Below, piece by piece: positions 9,113 to 16,929 of a stretch of 24,000 nt of DNA. The stretch comes from an uncultured Prevotellaceae bacterium (GTDB taxonomy: Bacteria; Bacteroidota; Bacteroidia; Bacteroidales; Bacteroidaceae): contig ONMA01000007.1 in the NCBI GenBank assembly GCA_900318815.1, positions 93,494 to 117,493 of the forward strand. The letters are read 5' to 3'. The translations under genes were made by a program, and so were the position numbers. The notes beneath the pieces are model-generated. The model worked only from the letters and a program-made list of their open reading frames with translations, made no database searches and was not told where the DNA came from. The first letter of the stretch is position 1, and each line of letters starts with the position of its first letter.

Positions 9113-10316
9113 CTTCCTCTACAGTTTCCAGTTCTTCCTCTTCCGTTTCCTCATCCTCCTCTTCAATTCCCATGTTTCTATTGGCATTCAGACAGAAGCC
9201 TATCAGCATGCAATAGCCCATGCCCTTGCCCGAGAGCCATGAGGTATCGGCCACCTGCTCAATGGCAAGACACAGGAAGGCTATCATAGCCACCCGGTAA
9301 TAGCGCATGTCGACGATTTCGTGAATGCCCGACAACCTGCGCTTCCAATAGACCCCGAAGAGGAACACGCCCACCACGCCATACTGGCACAGCGTCGGGT
9401 AGAAGGCATCGGCAATGAAAACAGGGAAATCCTTCGACATGCCCCATACCTCATTTAGACCGTATTTCTCAAGCAGGGGCGAATAATAAGCCACGGCACC
9501 ATGACAGCCGAAAGTACCCATCCCAGGGCCGAAGGGAATGTAGTCACCCAGAACAACCACGGAGGTCTTGTAGGACATGGGACGAGCCAGATTAATGTTA
9601 TCCCATCCTTCCACATAATATGTGTCGAACTGACTCCAAGTCACCACCAGGATAACAGCCAGCAAAACAGATAAGAAAGCCAGCGTCCAAGGAGCCTTGA
9701 AGCTCAAATGCTTTTTAACCAGGAACATCATGGCTACTACACAAACCACCTCGCCCAGATACTTGAACTTAGGAGCTATCATGCCCACAAGAATCAAGGC
9801 CAAAGCAATATAGGTGTTTCTTTTCGATTCCGCAGCAAACAAGTAATATATCAGACCGGTACACATAGCCAACTGCCCTAACACTACACAATCAGGCGAA
9901 CTGGCCATCGTAGCCCCTGGATGGGAAGGAACCCAGGTGCCCAACGTCACCACCGCACTACCAATAATCCATTTTTTCTGCACCTCCGTAAACTTTGGAT
10001 TCAATATCCATGTACAATAAATGACAGAGAATGGGCGTATCTGCTGAACAAGCTCAATCCACACGGCTCCTGCCACGTTCACCTGCAAAATGAGCGAATA
10101 GACCACATAAAAGACTAAAATGAACAGGAAGATTCCATACTCTCGCCACGGCTCAGGATTGGTGGTCTCATCGTCTTTCTTAATGATGGTAAACGCAATC
10201 AAGGCGAACGTCATCAGTTCGTCGATACCCTCAAAGCCGAGTCGGTCGTAATAACCGATACAAGCAGGGATATAGACGATTAAAAATATCGTGAAAAACT
10301 TGGCTATAGCATTCAT
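9099..10316 (-). CDS. Polytopic membrane protein, probable O-antigen/capsule repeat-unit polymerase (Wzy-like) with a poly-acidic C-terminal tail
   Basis: About 405 aa with at least 9 hydrophobic helices and no soluble domain. It sits among glycosyltransferases in a locus that also encodes Wzx. I place the start at the ATG at 10314-10316 (MNAIAKFF...). The longer ORF-track start at 10331 is a TTG that overlaps the upstream gene. The C-terminus is GIEEEDEETEEEELETVEEDDAE. Confidence 0.6.
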   Translation of the reverse strand: MNAIAKFFTIFLIVYIPACIGYYDRLGFEGIDELMTFALIAFTIIKKDDETTNPEPWREYGIFLFILVFYVVYSLILQVNVAGAVWIELVQQIRPFSVIYCTWILNPKFTEVQKKWIIGSAVVTLGTWVPSHPGATMASSPDCVVLGQLAMCTGLIYYLFAAESKRNTYIALALILVGMIAPKFKYLGEVVCVVAMMFLVKKHLSFKAPWTLAFLSVLLAVILVVTWSQFDTYYVEGWDNINLARPMSYKTSVVVLGDYIPFGPGMGTFGCHGAVAYYSPLLEKYGLNEVWGMSKDFPVFIADAFYPTLCQYGVVGVFLFGVYWKRRLSGIHEIVDMRYYRVAMIAFLCLAIEQVADTSWLSGKGMGYCMLIGFCLNANRNMGIEEEDEETEEEELETVEEDDAE

Positions 10317-10317
10317 A

Positions 10318-11085
10318 TTACTTATTCTCAAATGGGATTTGAAACCATGCGTATTTATTTCTTGCCCACGTCTTCTGTCCTACATCGTAGATGATCTTTA
10401 GCAACCACTTTGGCAGCATGTCTTTTATACTTCTTTCTGACGCCTTCTTGTTTTGCCAAGAGCCCGCATAATTATGGGCGCAATAACTTTTTTTCGTCTT
10501 TCTCACCTCAATGGCATTCCGGGAATTAAAGAAATCTCCGTCAAAGACTTCCAGACGTTTTTCCGTCATGACATAATCTGATAGCTGATGAAGTCGATAG
10601 AACTTATATCCCAAACCCGTCAGAACATGATGGAACCGGCATGGAAGTGGCAATATGTCAAGACTACCGTCACTTCTCACGAATTCCAGGCCCTCGTAAC
10701 TGTCTAACAAGTCCTTAATCCACTTGCATCCTGGTTCTGCGCCTATGATAGCTGCCTCAAAACCACGAATCTGGTCGTGACCAATAAAATACGGCAACCT
10801 TAGCAGGTCATTAAAGCTTTTATAGACTATCACGTCAGAGTCAAGATAGATGCCTCCAAAATGATACAGGGCGAAGAGTCTGATATAGTCGGCCGCAAAG
10901 GCATATTTTCGCTTCTCGAATGCCTGTTGGGTCCATTTCACGGCATTCACATCGAAGCGGTTAGTATCCCACAGCCACACCTCATAGTCTGGCAATTGCT
11001 CTTTCCATGTATCTATACATTGCTGTATTTCTGGTGGAAACGGATCTCCGCTCAGCCAGCAATAATGGATGATTTTCGGTATCAT
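10318..11085 (-). CDS. GT32-like glycosyltransferase (DXD sugar-binding region family)
   Basis: 255 aa. The N-terminus IPKIIHYCWLSGDPFPPEIQQCIDTWKEQLPDYEVWLWD and the DXD-containing GGIYLDSDVIV are hallmarks of the Gly_transf_sug/capsular polysaccharide synthesis family. The start forms an ATGA overlap with the upstream gene's stop. Confidence 0.8.
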   Translation of the reverse strand: MIPKIIHYCWLSGDPFPPEIQQCIDTWKEQLPDYEVWLWDTNRFDVNAVKWTQQAFEKRKYAFAADYIRLFALYHFGGIYLDSDVIVYKSFNDLLRLPYFIGHDQIRGFEAAIIGAEPGCKWIKDLLDSYEGLEFVRSDGSLDILPLPCRFHHVLTGLGYKFYRLHQLSDYVMTEKRLEVFDGDFFNSRNAIEVRKTKKSYCAHNYAGSWQNKKASERSIKDMLPKWLLKIIYDVGQKTWARNKYAWFQIPFENK

Positions 11086-11699
11086 ATCGTATCAAGACAA
11101 GGATATGGATTCACAATGTATCTGCCTGGCTCACTATAGTTAATGACCTTTGCAGGTACTCCTACGGCCGTCGCATCGGCTGGTATGTCTTTTATTACCA
11201 CCGCACCAGCACCTATTGTTGTATTGCTTGCTATCTTAACGCCATCAACTATCGCTACCATTGGACCAACAAACACTTTGTTCCCAATCATTGCTGGCTG
11301 TCCTTCGCTGGTGCCAATATTAAGAAACTGTGAAAGGTTTACGTTATTTCCTATGATGGTGGCATCATTCACAACGATGCTCTGCTGATGTCCTATATAG
11401 AAGCCATAGCCTATTCTGGTTGTCGGCGGAATGTCTATTTGTGCTCTTCGTGACACCACTTTATATATAATACGGAATATCGGGAATAGCCATCCTCTAA
11501 ATTGGCAAAGCCTCAGCCAGAAAAGAACCGAAGAACGAGAAAACGGTTTTATACACTGCATAATGGCGGTCAAGGTTGATTCCTTCTTCCCCGTCAGCCG
11601 AAACCTGTCACTTTTCACAAGGGTCATGCAATCTGCATAGCTTTCCGCAACAGGTATGGCTATGCTTTCTGTGTATAATGGATAATATTCTGTTCTCAT
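11082..11699 (-). CDS. Serine acetyltransferase (CysE)-like hexapeptide O-acetyltransferase
   Basis: 205 aa. The CysE-like core is IDIPPTTRIGYGFYIGHQQSIVVNDATIIGNNVNLSQFLNIGT...IGNKVFVGPMVAIVDGVKIASNTTIGAGAVVIKDIPADATAVGVPAKVI. It has 4-nt overlaps with both neighbours. Confidence 0.8.
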   Translation of the reverse strand: MRTEYYPLYTESIAIPVAESYADCMTLVKSDRFRLTGKKESTLTAIMQCIKPFSRSSVLFWLRLCQFRGWLFPIFRIIYKVVSRRAQIDIPPTTRIGYGFYIGHQQSIVVNDATIIGNNVNLSQFLNIGTSEGQPAMIGNKVFVGPMVAIVDGVKIASNTTIGAGAVVIKDIPADATAVGVPAKVINYSEPGRYIVNPYPCLDTI

Positions 11700-12322
11700 T
11701 TAGTGATTCTCCTAATCACTTTGCACGGGTTTCCAGCAGCAATACAGTCGGAGGGTATGCTTCTTGTAACTACACTTCCAGCTCCTATAACACTACGCGC
11801 TCCTATTGTTACCCCTTTCAATATCTGGCAGTTTGCCCCAATCCACACATCATCCTCAATCACAACAGGAGCACTCTGAACCATTGAAGTATAATCAGTA
11901 GAGTCTTCGGCATTTTCACCACGGCGGACGCAAAAGTCTAATTGATGAACATCTGTATCTAATATCAGACAATTTCCTCCAATATTAACACGGTTACCAA
12001 TAGTAAGTCTTTTCTGAATCCAGATACACGCAGAACTGATGGCTACATGATTCCCAATGACGATTTCTGATTGTTCGCTGCCTGTATGGATACACCCCCG
12101 TATATTTCGGCAAATGGGGTTGATACAATCCCCACTGGTAAAGTGGAAATAGTCTCCTATGGTGATTTTTCCTCTGGCGCCGGTAATATAAACAGCATTA
12201 TAAACCTGCATATTCTTACCAAACCGGATTCCCTTCAACCGGAAATACAGTTTGTTAAGAAGTTTGTAGCATCCCATTTTATGGTTCCTGGGATTGACTA
12301 TTCTTTTCAGCAATGCTTTCAT
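11696..12322 (-). CDS. Hexapeptide-repeat acyltransferase (WcaF/LacA-like)
   Basis: 208 aa. The motif region is EDDVWIGANCQILKGVTIGARSVIGAGSVVTRSIPSDCIAAGNPCKVI, with additional upstream hexapeptide turns. Confidence 0.8.
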   Translation of the reverse strand: MKALLKRIVNPRNHKMGCYKLLNKLYFRLKGIRFGKNMQVYNAVYITGARGKITIGDYFHFTSGDCINPICRNIRGCIHTGSEQSEIVIGNHVAISSACIWIQKRLTIGNRVNIGGNCLILDTDVHQLDFCVRRGENAEDSTDYTSMVQSAPVVIEDDVWIGANCQILKGVTIGARSVIGAGSVVTRSIPSDCIAAGNPCKVIRRITK

Positions 12323-12340
12323 AGGGGTGATTTTCTCTCA

Positions 12341-13288
12341 TCATACATCATACCGGCTATCTCGCAGGAACCGGGTGATTTTTCTCATTCTTAGCGACCA
12401 GTCGCCCATTTGCAGTGCAGCCTCGCGATTACGGTCTACTAATTCCTGATAGTCTGTGATATGCGTCAGAATGTCCTGTATCTGCTCGCTCGGATGGTTC
12501 CAGTCTAATTCCACGACGGGGTTATAGCCCACGAGGTCGATGAGTTCCTTCGGGGCGTGCCCCACCATGACCATGCGCGTCAGCATGCTCTCCCAGTAGC
12601 GCTGGGTCAGCGTCTCCACGTCGCCTGCCAACTCCGGCTGGGTAATGCTCCGGGGAAGGGCTATCGTCACCTTCGCATTGCCCATCGCCTGGTAGAGCTG
12701 CCAGTTTTCATAGACGAGCTTTCCATTGACATTCGTGCAGACATAGTTCCATTTCTCGTCCACTGTCAGGTTGATGTTGCTCTTCCTGCCAAATTCAAGC
12801 ACATCAATCTCCCTTTCAGCAAGCGGTTTCCCCTCCTGATAGGTACTCGTCTTGACAGCCTCCGGGCAATACATCACATGCATCGAAGGAAACCTCTCGC
12901 GCATTCTGTCGGCCACGATAGACGAAGTAAAGATGGCCGTTCTCACCTGATGCTTCTTCATCCAGGCACACATCTTCTCGAGGTAGCAGGGCCAACAGTC
13001 CCAGACAAAGGGGATTACCTCATAGAAGGCATAGTCGGGATAGGTATCGAAGGTGACGGAAATCGGTTCCACAAAACGCAGTCGCACCTCGCTCCAACTC
13101 CTCCATACCGTAGGCAAAATATCATAGCGAAAGGCCAGCCAATGGAACATACGAGCCGGATAGCAGGTGCCACCCGTCAGTCCCCCATGCTTCCTCCATG
13201 CCTCGAAGGCGGCCATCTTGAAATTGAAAAAGCCTGGATGGGTATAGGGCGGTATCGCCCTCACTTCTTTTATTCGACCTTTTTTCAT
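12341..13288 (-). CDS. Hypothetical protein, possibly a divergent GT-B-like glycosyltransferase; no family recognised
   Basis: 315-aa ORF with an ATG start and no signal peptide or TM helix. It is W/Y/C-rich (VWDCWPCYLEKMCAW). Its C-terminal half (VLEFGRKS...AKVTIALPRS...ETLTQRYWESM) loosely resembles the C-terminal Rossmann half of GT-B enzymes. It is clearly coding: a long ORF in operon orientation with strong GC3 bias. Confidence 0.7.
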   Translation of the reverse strand: MKKGRIKEVRAIPPYTHPGFFNFKMAAFEAWRKHGGLTGGTCYPARMFHWLAFRYDILPTVWRSWSEVRLRFVEPISVTFDTYPDYAFYEVIPFVWDCWPCYLEKMCAWMKKHQVRTAIFTSSIVADRMRERFPSMHVMYCPEAVKTSTYQEGKPLAEREIDVLEFGRKSNINLTVDEKWNYVCTNVNGKLVYENWQLYQAMGNAKVTIALPRSITQPELAGDVETLTQRYWESMLTRMVMVGHAPKELIDLVGYNPVVELDWNHPSEQIQDILTHITDYQELVDRNREAALQMGDWSLRMRKITRFLRDSRYDV

Positions 13289-13349
13289 TCTTCTCTCACG
13301 CTAAGGCTTAGTCGCCTGGCTTGTTATGGTATTCAGCACTCGTATGTAC

Positions 13350-13391
13350 TATACTTACGATGACTAAGTATTATACTTACGATGACTAAGT
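13350..13391. repeat. Perfect 20-bp tandem direct repeat (period 22 bp) in the only sizeable intergenic gap of the operon
   Basis: tatacttacgatgactaagt occurs at 13350-13369 and again at 13372-13391, separated by 'at'. A partial third unit, atactt, is at 13395-13400. The gap 13289-13416 is 128 nt long. Confidence 0.95.
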
Positions 13392-13416
13392 GCCATACTT
13401 TCTTTCACTATCTATG

Positions 13417-14103
13417 TCAGACGGGATTCTTTGAGAAAAACTCCTTGAACTTTTCCATGTCGCAGAGCAGGTCGGCATGTTCCTCAAACCACTTGACATC
13501 CTTGTCCCACCACTTGACGCGCAACAGCATCTCGATGGTTGCTTCGTCGTAACGATAGCCTATCACCTTGGCCGGCACACCGCCTACTATGGCGTAGGGC
13601 GGAACGTCTTTCGTGACCATAGCACGGGTGAGTACAACAGCTCCGTCGCCCACTTCCACGCCACCGACGAAACAGGCTTCATGGCCTATCCAACAGTCAT
13701 TGCCCACCTTAAAGGCAATTTCTCGCTCTTTGTCATAGAAACGGTATTCCTCGGCATATTGTTTTTTTGCAAATGTACACCCCGTCTGTTTCTTGAGCGA
13801 AATGAACATGGGTGATGTGGTAACAAAAGGTTCCTTCAATGGGTGTGTTTCCACTATCTGCGTTATCTTGTTTCCTAAAGAGGAAAAACGACCTATATCG
13901 GCACTAATCTCACAATGACTGCCTATATACGAGCCCATTCCTATCTTCCCATAGAAATCGGTATGCGAGCCAACGGCATTCTTCCCACCAAACTCACTTC
14001 GATGAGACAACCTCGCAGAATACGGGAACTGGACAAGATGTCTGTTTTTCCCTTTATGATAGAGGTAGAGAAAAAGATGATTCAACCAATTGTTACGATT
14101 CAT
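13417..14103 (-). CDS. Vat/CatB-like (xenobiotic acetyltransferase family) hexapeptide O-acetyltransferase
   Basis: The motif region is VGNDCWIGHEACFVGGVEVGDGAVVLTRAMVTKDVPPYAIVGGVPAKVIGYRYDE. It is followed by IEMLLRVKWWDKDVKW, the C-terminal W-W-D tail typical of CatB/Vat-type enzymes. I prefer the ATG at 14101-14103 (MNRNNW...). The alternative ATG at 14151 would overlap the upstream GT2 gene by 59 nt. Confidence 0.8.
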   Translation of the reverse strand: MNRNNWLNHLFLYLYHKGKNRHLVQFPYSARLSHRSEFGGKNAVGSHTDFYGKIGMGSYIGSHCEISADIGRFSSLGNKITQIVETHPLKEPFVTTSPMFISLKKQTGCTFAKKQYAEEYRFYDKEREIAFKVGNDCWIGHEACFVGGVEVGDGAVVLTRAMVTKDVPPYAIVGGVPAKVIGYRYDEATIEMLLRVKWWDKDVKWFEEHADLLCDMEKFKEFFSKNPV

Positions 14104-14923
14104 AGTGTTTTTTCCGGAAAGTGAGCATTTTATATAGAAAAAACCAATCATACCTCCTGCGCAACGTCGGGTAGAGGTGGTCTACTTCCTGGGGATAATG
14201 GTTACGTTCCCACAGATAAAGTTGGTATAATGACATCTTCTCCCAAAAGGATTTTCCTCTGAAATCCAAATATCCCAAAAAGTCTTCCTGAATGGTCTTC
14301 CGTGCTGTCGAGGCTGATGAATAGGCGGTATTGACATAGAAAATGATTTTGCTGGTGGTCACTATCTTCGCTTCTTTCATGATGCGCATGATGAGGTCTA
14401 CGTCTTCATATCGTCGTATCACCGTGCTATAAGGATATTTTTTGATCAGCTCTGCCTTGAACAACGTATGTCCCGTGCTGGGCATGGTCTTGCCGAAAAA
14501 GTATGCCTGATAGTTGTTCTTCACCAACTGGTCTTCTTCATAGAGGGTTTGTGTTTCGGAGCTTCCTCTTCTCATACAAAAGCTGCCGTCTATGACGCTT
14601 GCTTCGGGATGAGCATGCACTTTGTTCGCCAAATGCTCCAAGGCCCCTTCAGCCAGTTCATCGTCGGCATCGAGGAATAAGACCCATTCGCCTTTCGCGT
14701 TTCTTACTCCAGTATTGCGAGCCGCCCCTGGCCCTCCATTCTCCTGTCGTATCAGCCGTATCCTTTCATCGTGAATGCCTTCTACCACCCTCACGCTGCC
14801 ATCCGTCGAACCGTCATCTACAACAATCAACTCAAATGCTGCCAACGTCTGGGTGAGGACACTCCTGATGGTATGCGCTATAATGGCTTCTTTATTATAA
14901 AGGGGGATAATGACGGATAACAC
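14093..14923 (-). CDS. Glycosyltransferase family 2
   Basis: 276 aa. LSVIIPLYNKEAIIAHTIRSVLTQTLAAFELIVVDDGSTDGS and FLDADDEL (the DXD-type motif) are present. The start codon must be non-ATG (GTG at 14921-14923), because no in-frame ATG precedes the conserved first beta-strand. Confidence 0.85.
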   Translation of the reverse strand: MLSVIIPLYNKEAIIAHTIRSVLTQTLAAFELIVVDDGSTDGSVRVVEGIHDERIRLIRQENGGPGAARNTGVRNAKGEWVLFLDADDELAEGALEHLANKVHAHPEASVIDGSFCMRRGSSETQTLYEEDQLVKNNYQAYFFGKTMPSTGHTLFKAELIKKYPYSTVIRRYEDVDLIMRIMKEAKIVTTSKIIFYVNTAYSSASTARKTIQEDFLGYLDFRGKSFWEKMSLYQLYLWERNHYPQEVDHLYPTLRRRYDWFFLYKMLTFRKKHYES

Positions 14924-14937
14924 AGTACTTTTTCCCT

Positions 14938-15906
14938 CTAATTTGAAAGACGAAAAAGTCGAACACAGAGATTGAACAGTTTCGTCTTCTTGGCATTACT
15001 ACTTGCTATAGAAAACCATGTACAAAGTGCCTGTTTTTCTATCCAATTGCATTGGTCATACAGGCATTTGAAAAGCATCTCTTTCTGCTCTTCATGCTCA
15101 TAATAGCTGCCATTGAGCACCCAATTCAGAAAACTAAGAATGGCCACCTTCTGCTCTCCTTTCAAGAATGCATCGATATGGTTACAGAAATCCTCGATAA
15201 TCACTCTTGAGCTGTATATTTCCTTTTTGATATTCACAGCTTTGGTGATAGATTCCGGATTTACTGTGTACAGATAGCACTTTCGTGGATAGACGGCAAG
15301 CGACTTCACGTGTTTAGCCAAGAAAAAACTCCAATAGTTATCTTCATGGATGATGCCCTCTTTGAAAAACAGTTGATTGTCCAGTATTAACTGCCGCAGC
15401 ACCATCTTATTGGCGGCACAGACTGGCAACTCATCGTAGTCAAGTAGTGCTCTCTTGATGTACCGGCGATCTTCTGTATAGGAGGGGTATGCTCGGGCTG
15501 CAAACTGATTCATATAGGGAGTGTCCTGGTCAATCAAGCCTAAGACTAAGTCTATACCTGGATGGTCCTCCGTAATCTTCACTAATCCTTCTATGCAGTC
15601 TTCTGTAATGGCATCATCGCTGTCTAAGAAGTAGACGTATTTCCCCCGTGCTGCACGTATACCCGTGTTTCTTGCTGCAGAAAGGCCGCTGTTTTTCTCA
15701 TGGTGCAAAAGAACAAAGTCAACATTGCCTTGATAGTCTTGGATAAAGCTCTCTGCTATCTTTACGCTGTCGTCACCTCCGCAATCGTCTATCAGGACAC
15801 ATTCCACTCCTTCTGTCCGACTTTGGTTGGCAACTGTCTGAAGGCAATGCCGTAGGTATCGTTCTACTTGATAGATTGGTATGATGATTGAGACGAACAA
15901 ATCCAC
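14938..15906 (-). CDS. Glycosyltransferase family 2
   Basis: 322 aa. VSIIIPIYQVERYLRHCLQTVANQS...ECVLIDDCGGDDS, NSGLSAARNTGI and YFLDSDD are present. The start is non-ATG (GTG at 15904-15906, or the TTG two codons downstream). Confidence 0.85.
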   Translation of the reverse strand: MDLFVSIIIPIYQVERYLRHCLQTVANQSRTEGVECVLIDDCGGDDSVKIAESFIQDYQGNVDFVLLHHEKNSGLSAARNTGIRAARGKYVYFLDSDDAITEDCIEGLVKITEDHPGIDLVLGLIDQDTPYMNQFAARAYPSYTEDRRYIKRALLDYDELPVCAANKMVLRQLILDNQLFFKEGIIHEDNYWSFFLAKHVKSLAVYPRKCYLYTVNPESITKAVNIKKEIYSSRVIIEDFCNHIDAFLKGEQKVAILSFLNWVLNGSYYEHEEQKEMLFKCLYDQCNWIEKQALCTWFSIASSNAKKTKLFNLCVRLFRLSN

Positions 15907-15915
15907 CCTATATAA

Positions 15916-16929
15916 TCAAAACTTACCTAAAACGAACCTGACATATTTCACATTCAAAAGCAATGACAGGAATGAAAGTATCACTATACTAATAATAATC
16001 GTCAGCCAAAACATCAGATTGAAGGTCAAAGCATTCTGAGGTTCATAGATCGTGAACAAGAACGTGGACACTAACCCTAATACGGAGAAGTTGAGCGTAT
16101 AGATAATCAAGGTATTTTTCCCAAAATATTCAAGGAGATGACTTTTTCCGATGATTTGAGACAACCACCAGATGGCCATCGTACCCGTCAGCGAAAGGAA
16201 AAGGTACACGGGAATCGTTAAAACTGATATATCTATTGTCCGAGTTACTGACGGAATACTCTTCCCCATCAAGACGAACAAACTGATAAAAAAAACATAG
16301 AGCGATAAAGACACCCACCCTTTACTTTTGATGATGTCTCCATGTTCTTTCAGTAATACGCCTAAGGGGAGATAGGGGGTCAGAATCATTGCCTGTTGCC
16401 AATAAAAGTAATTGGGTACTTGGTCAAGATGGGCACACACAACGGCCAACAACAGGAGGAAGAGTGAAACTATAATGATCGCAGGAGGGTTCTTGATGAA
16501 CCGGTTGAACACATAATATAGCATCTTGGCCAGAAACAACGCGATTAAGAACCAATAATATCCTCCTTCACGTATAAATGTACGGATACCGGGCGAGAAG
16601 AAGTGGGACCATGTAATCCAGTCTGCATCATAAAAAAAGAAACTCTTCGCATCTTCTATCCAATGATTGAGATAATACAGGCAGAAGCATGGAACGATGA
16701 TGGTCTTCAGGTTCTTCCAAAGGAATAGGATACAGGGCAAATTGAAATTACTGCAATAGCCGGTGATTACGAAGAATGCCGACATAAAGAAGCCTATAAT
16801 AATGCCATTCAACCAATTATATCCCCATATCGGATAATCTCCAGATACTATGAAATGTGCATGATGGACAACTACTGTCAATACACATATTCCCTTGACA
16901 ATGTCAATCCAAGAGATTCGGTTCTTCAT
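15916..16929 (-). CDS. Acyltransferase family 3 (AT3) integral-membrane O-acyltransferase
   Basis: The N-terminus RISWIDIVKGICVLTVVVHH carries the AT3 signature with the conserved His. About 10 hydrophobic helices follow. The likely start is the ATG at 16927-16929, which forms a TGATG overlap with the upstream stop. This is the most AT-rich gene in the window. Confidence 0.8.
   Translation of the reverse strand: MKNRISWIDIVKGICVLTVVVHHAHFIVSGDYPIWGYNWLNGIIIGFFMSAFFVITGYCSNFNLPCILFLWKNLKTIIVPCFCLYYLNHWIEDAKSFFFYDADWITWSHFFSPGIRTFIREGGYYWFLIALFLAKMLYYVFNRFIKNPPAIIIVSLFLLLLAVVCAHLDQVPNYFYWQQAMILTPYLPLGVLLKEHGDIIKSKGWVSLSLYVFFISLFVLMGKSIPSVTRTIDISVLTIPVYLFLSLTGTMAIWWLSQIIGKSHLLEYFGKNTLIIYTLNFSVLGLVSTFLFTIYEPQNALTFNLMFWLTIIISIVILSFLSLLLNVKYVRFVLGKF

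Noticed and set aside
8983-9216. A Ser-rich + strand ORF (…SSSSSTVSSSSSSVSSSSSS…) that might look like a repeat protein.
   Set aside because: It is the antisense reading of the GAA/GAG/GAT-rich acidic tail of the Wzy-like gene and the start of the acetyltransferase gene. There is no independent support for it.
10317-10331. A longer N-terminus for the Wzy-like protein (MRISN...), as listed in the ORF track.
   Set aside because: That start is a TTG overlapping the upstream gene. An ATG at 10314-10316 sits 1 nt after the upstream TAA and gives a sensible start directly before the first hydrophobic helix.
13289-13416. A possible internal promoter or invertible element in the intra-operon spacer.
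   Set aside because: There is no TAnnTTTG -7 box on either strand, and I could see no flanking inverted repeats. Only the tandem direct repeat is reported, as a separate finding.
14104-14151. A 16-codon N-terminal extension of the Vat-like acetyltransferase (ATG at 14149-14151).
   Set aside because: It would overlap the upstream GT2 gene by 59 nt, and the extra residues (MIGFFYIKCSLSGKNT) add nothing recognisable. The internal ATG at 14101-14103 is more economical. Neither start can be proven from sequence alone.
16288-16295. An A8 homopolymer (T8 on the coding strand) inside the AT3 acyltransferase gene. A7/T7 runs also occur at 8185-8191, 13762-13768 and 16632-16638. These could be slipped-strand phase-variation switches.
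   Set aside because: Tracts of 7-8 nt are at or below the length usually associated with appreciable slippage. They sit in AT-rich coding sequence, where they are expected by chance (Phe/Lys codons). This is worth only a glance in population read data.
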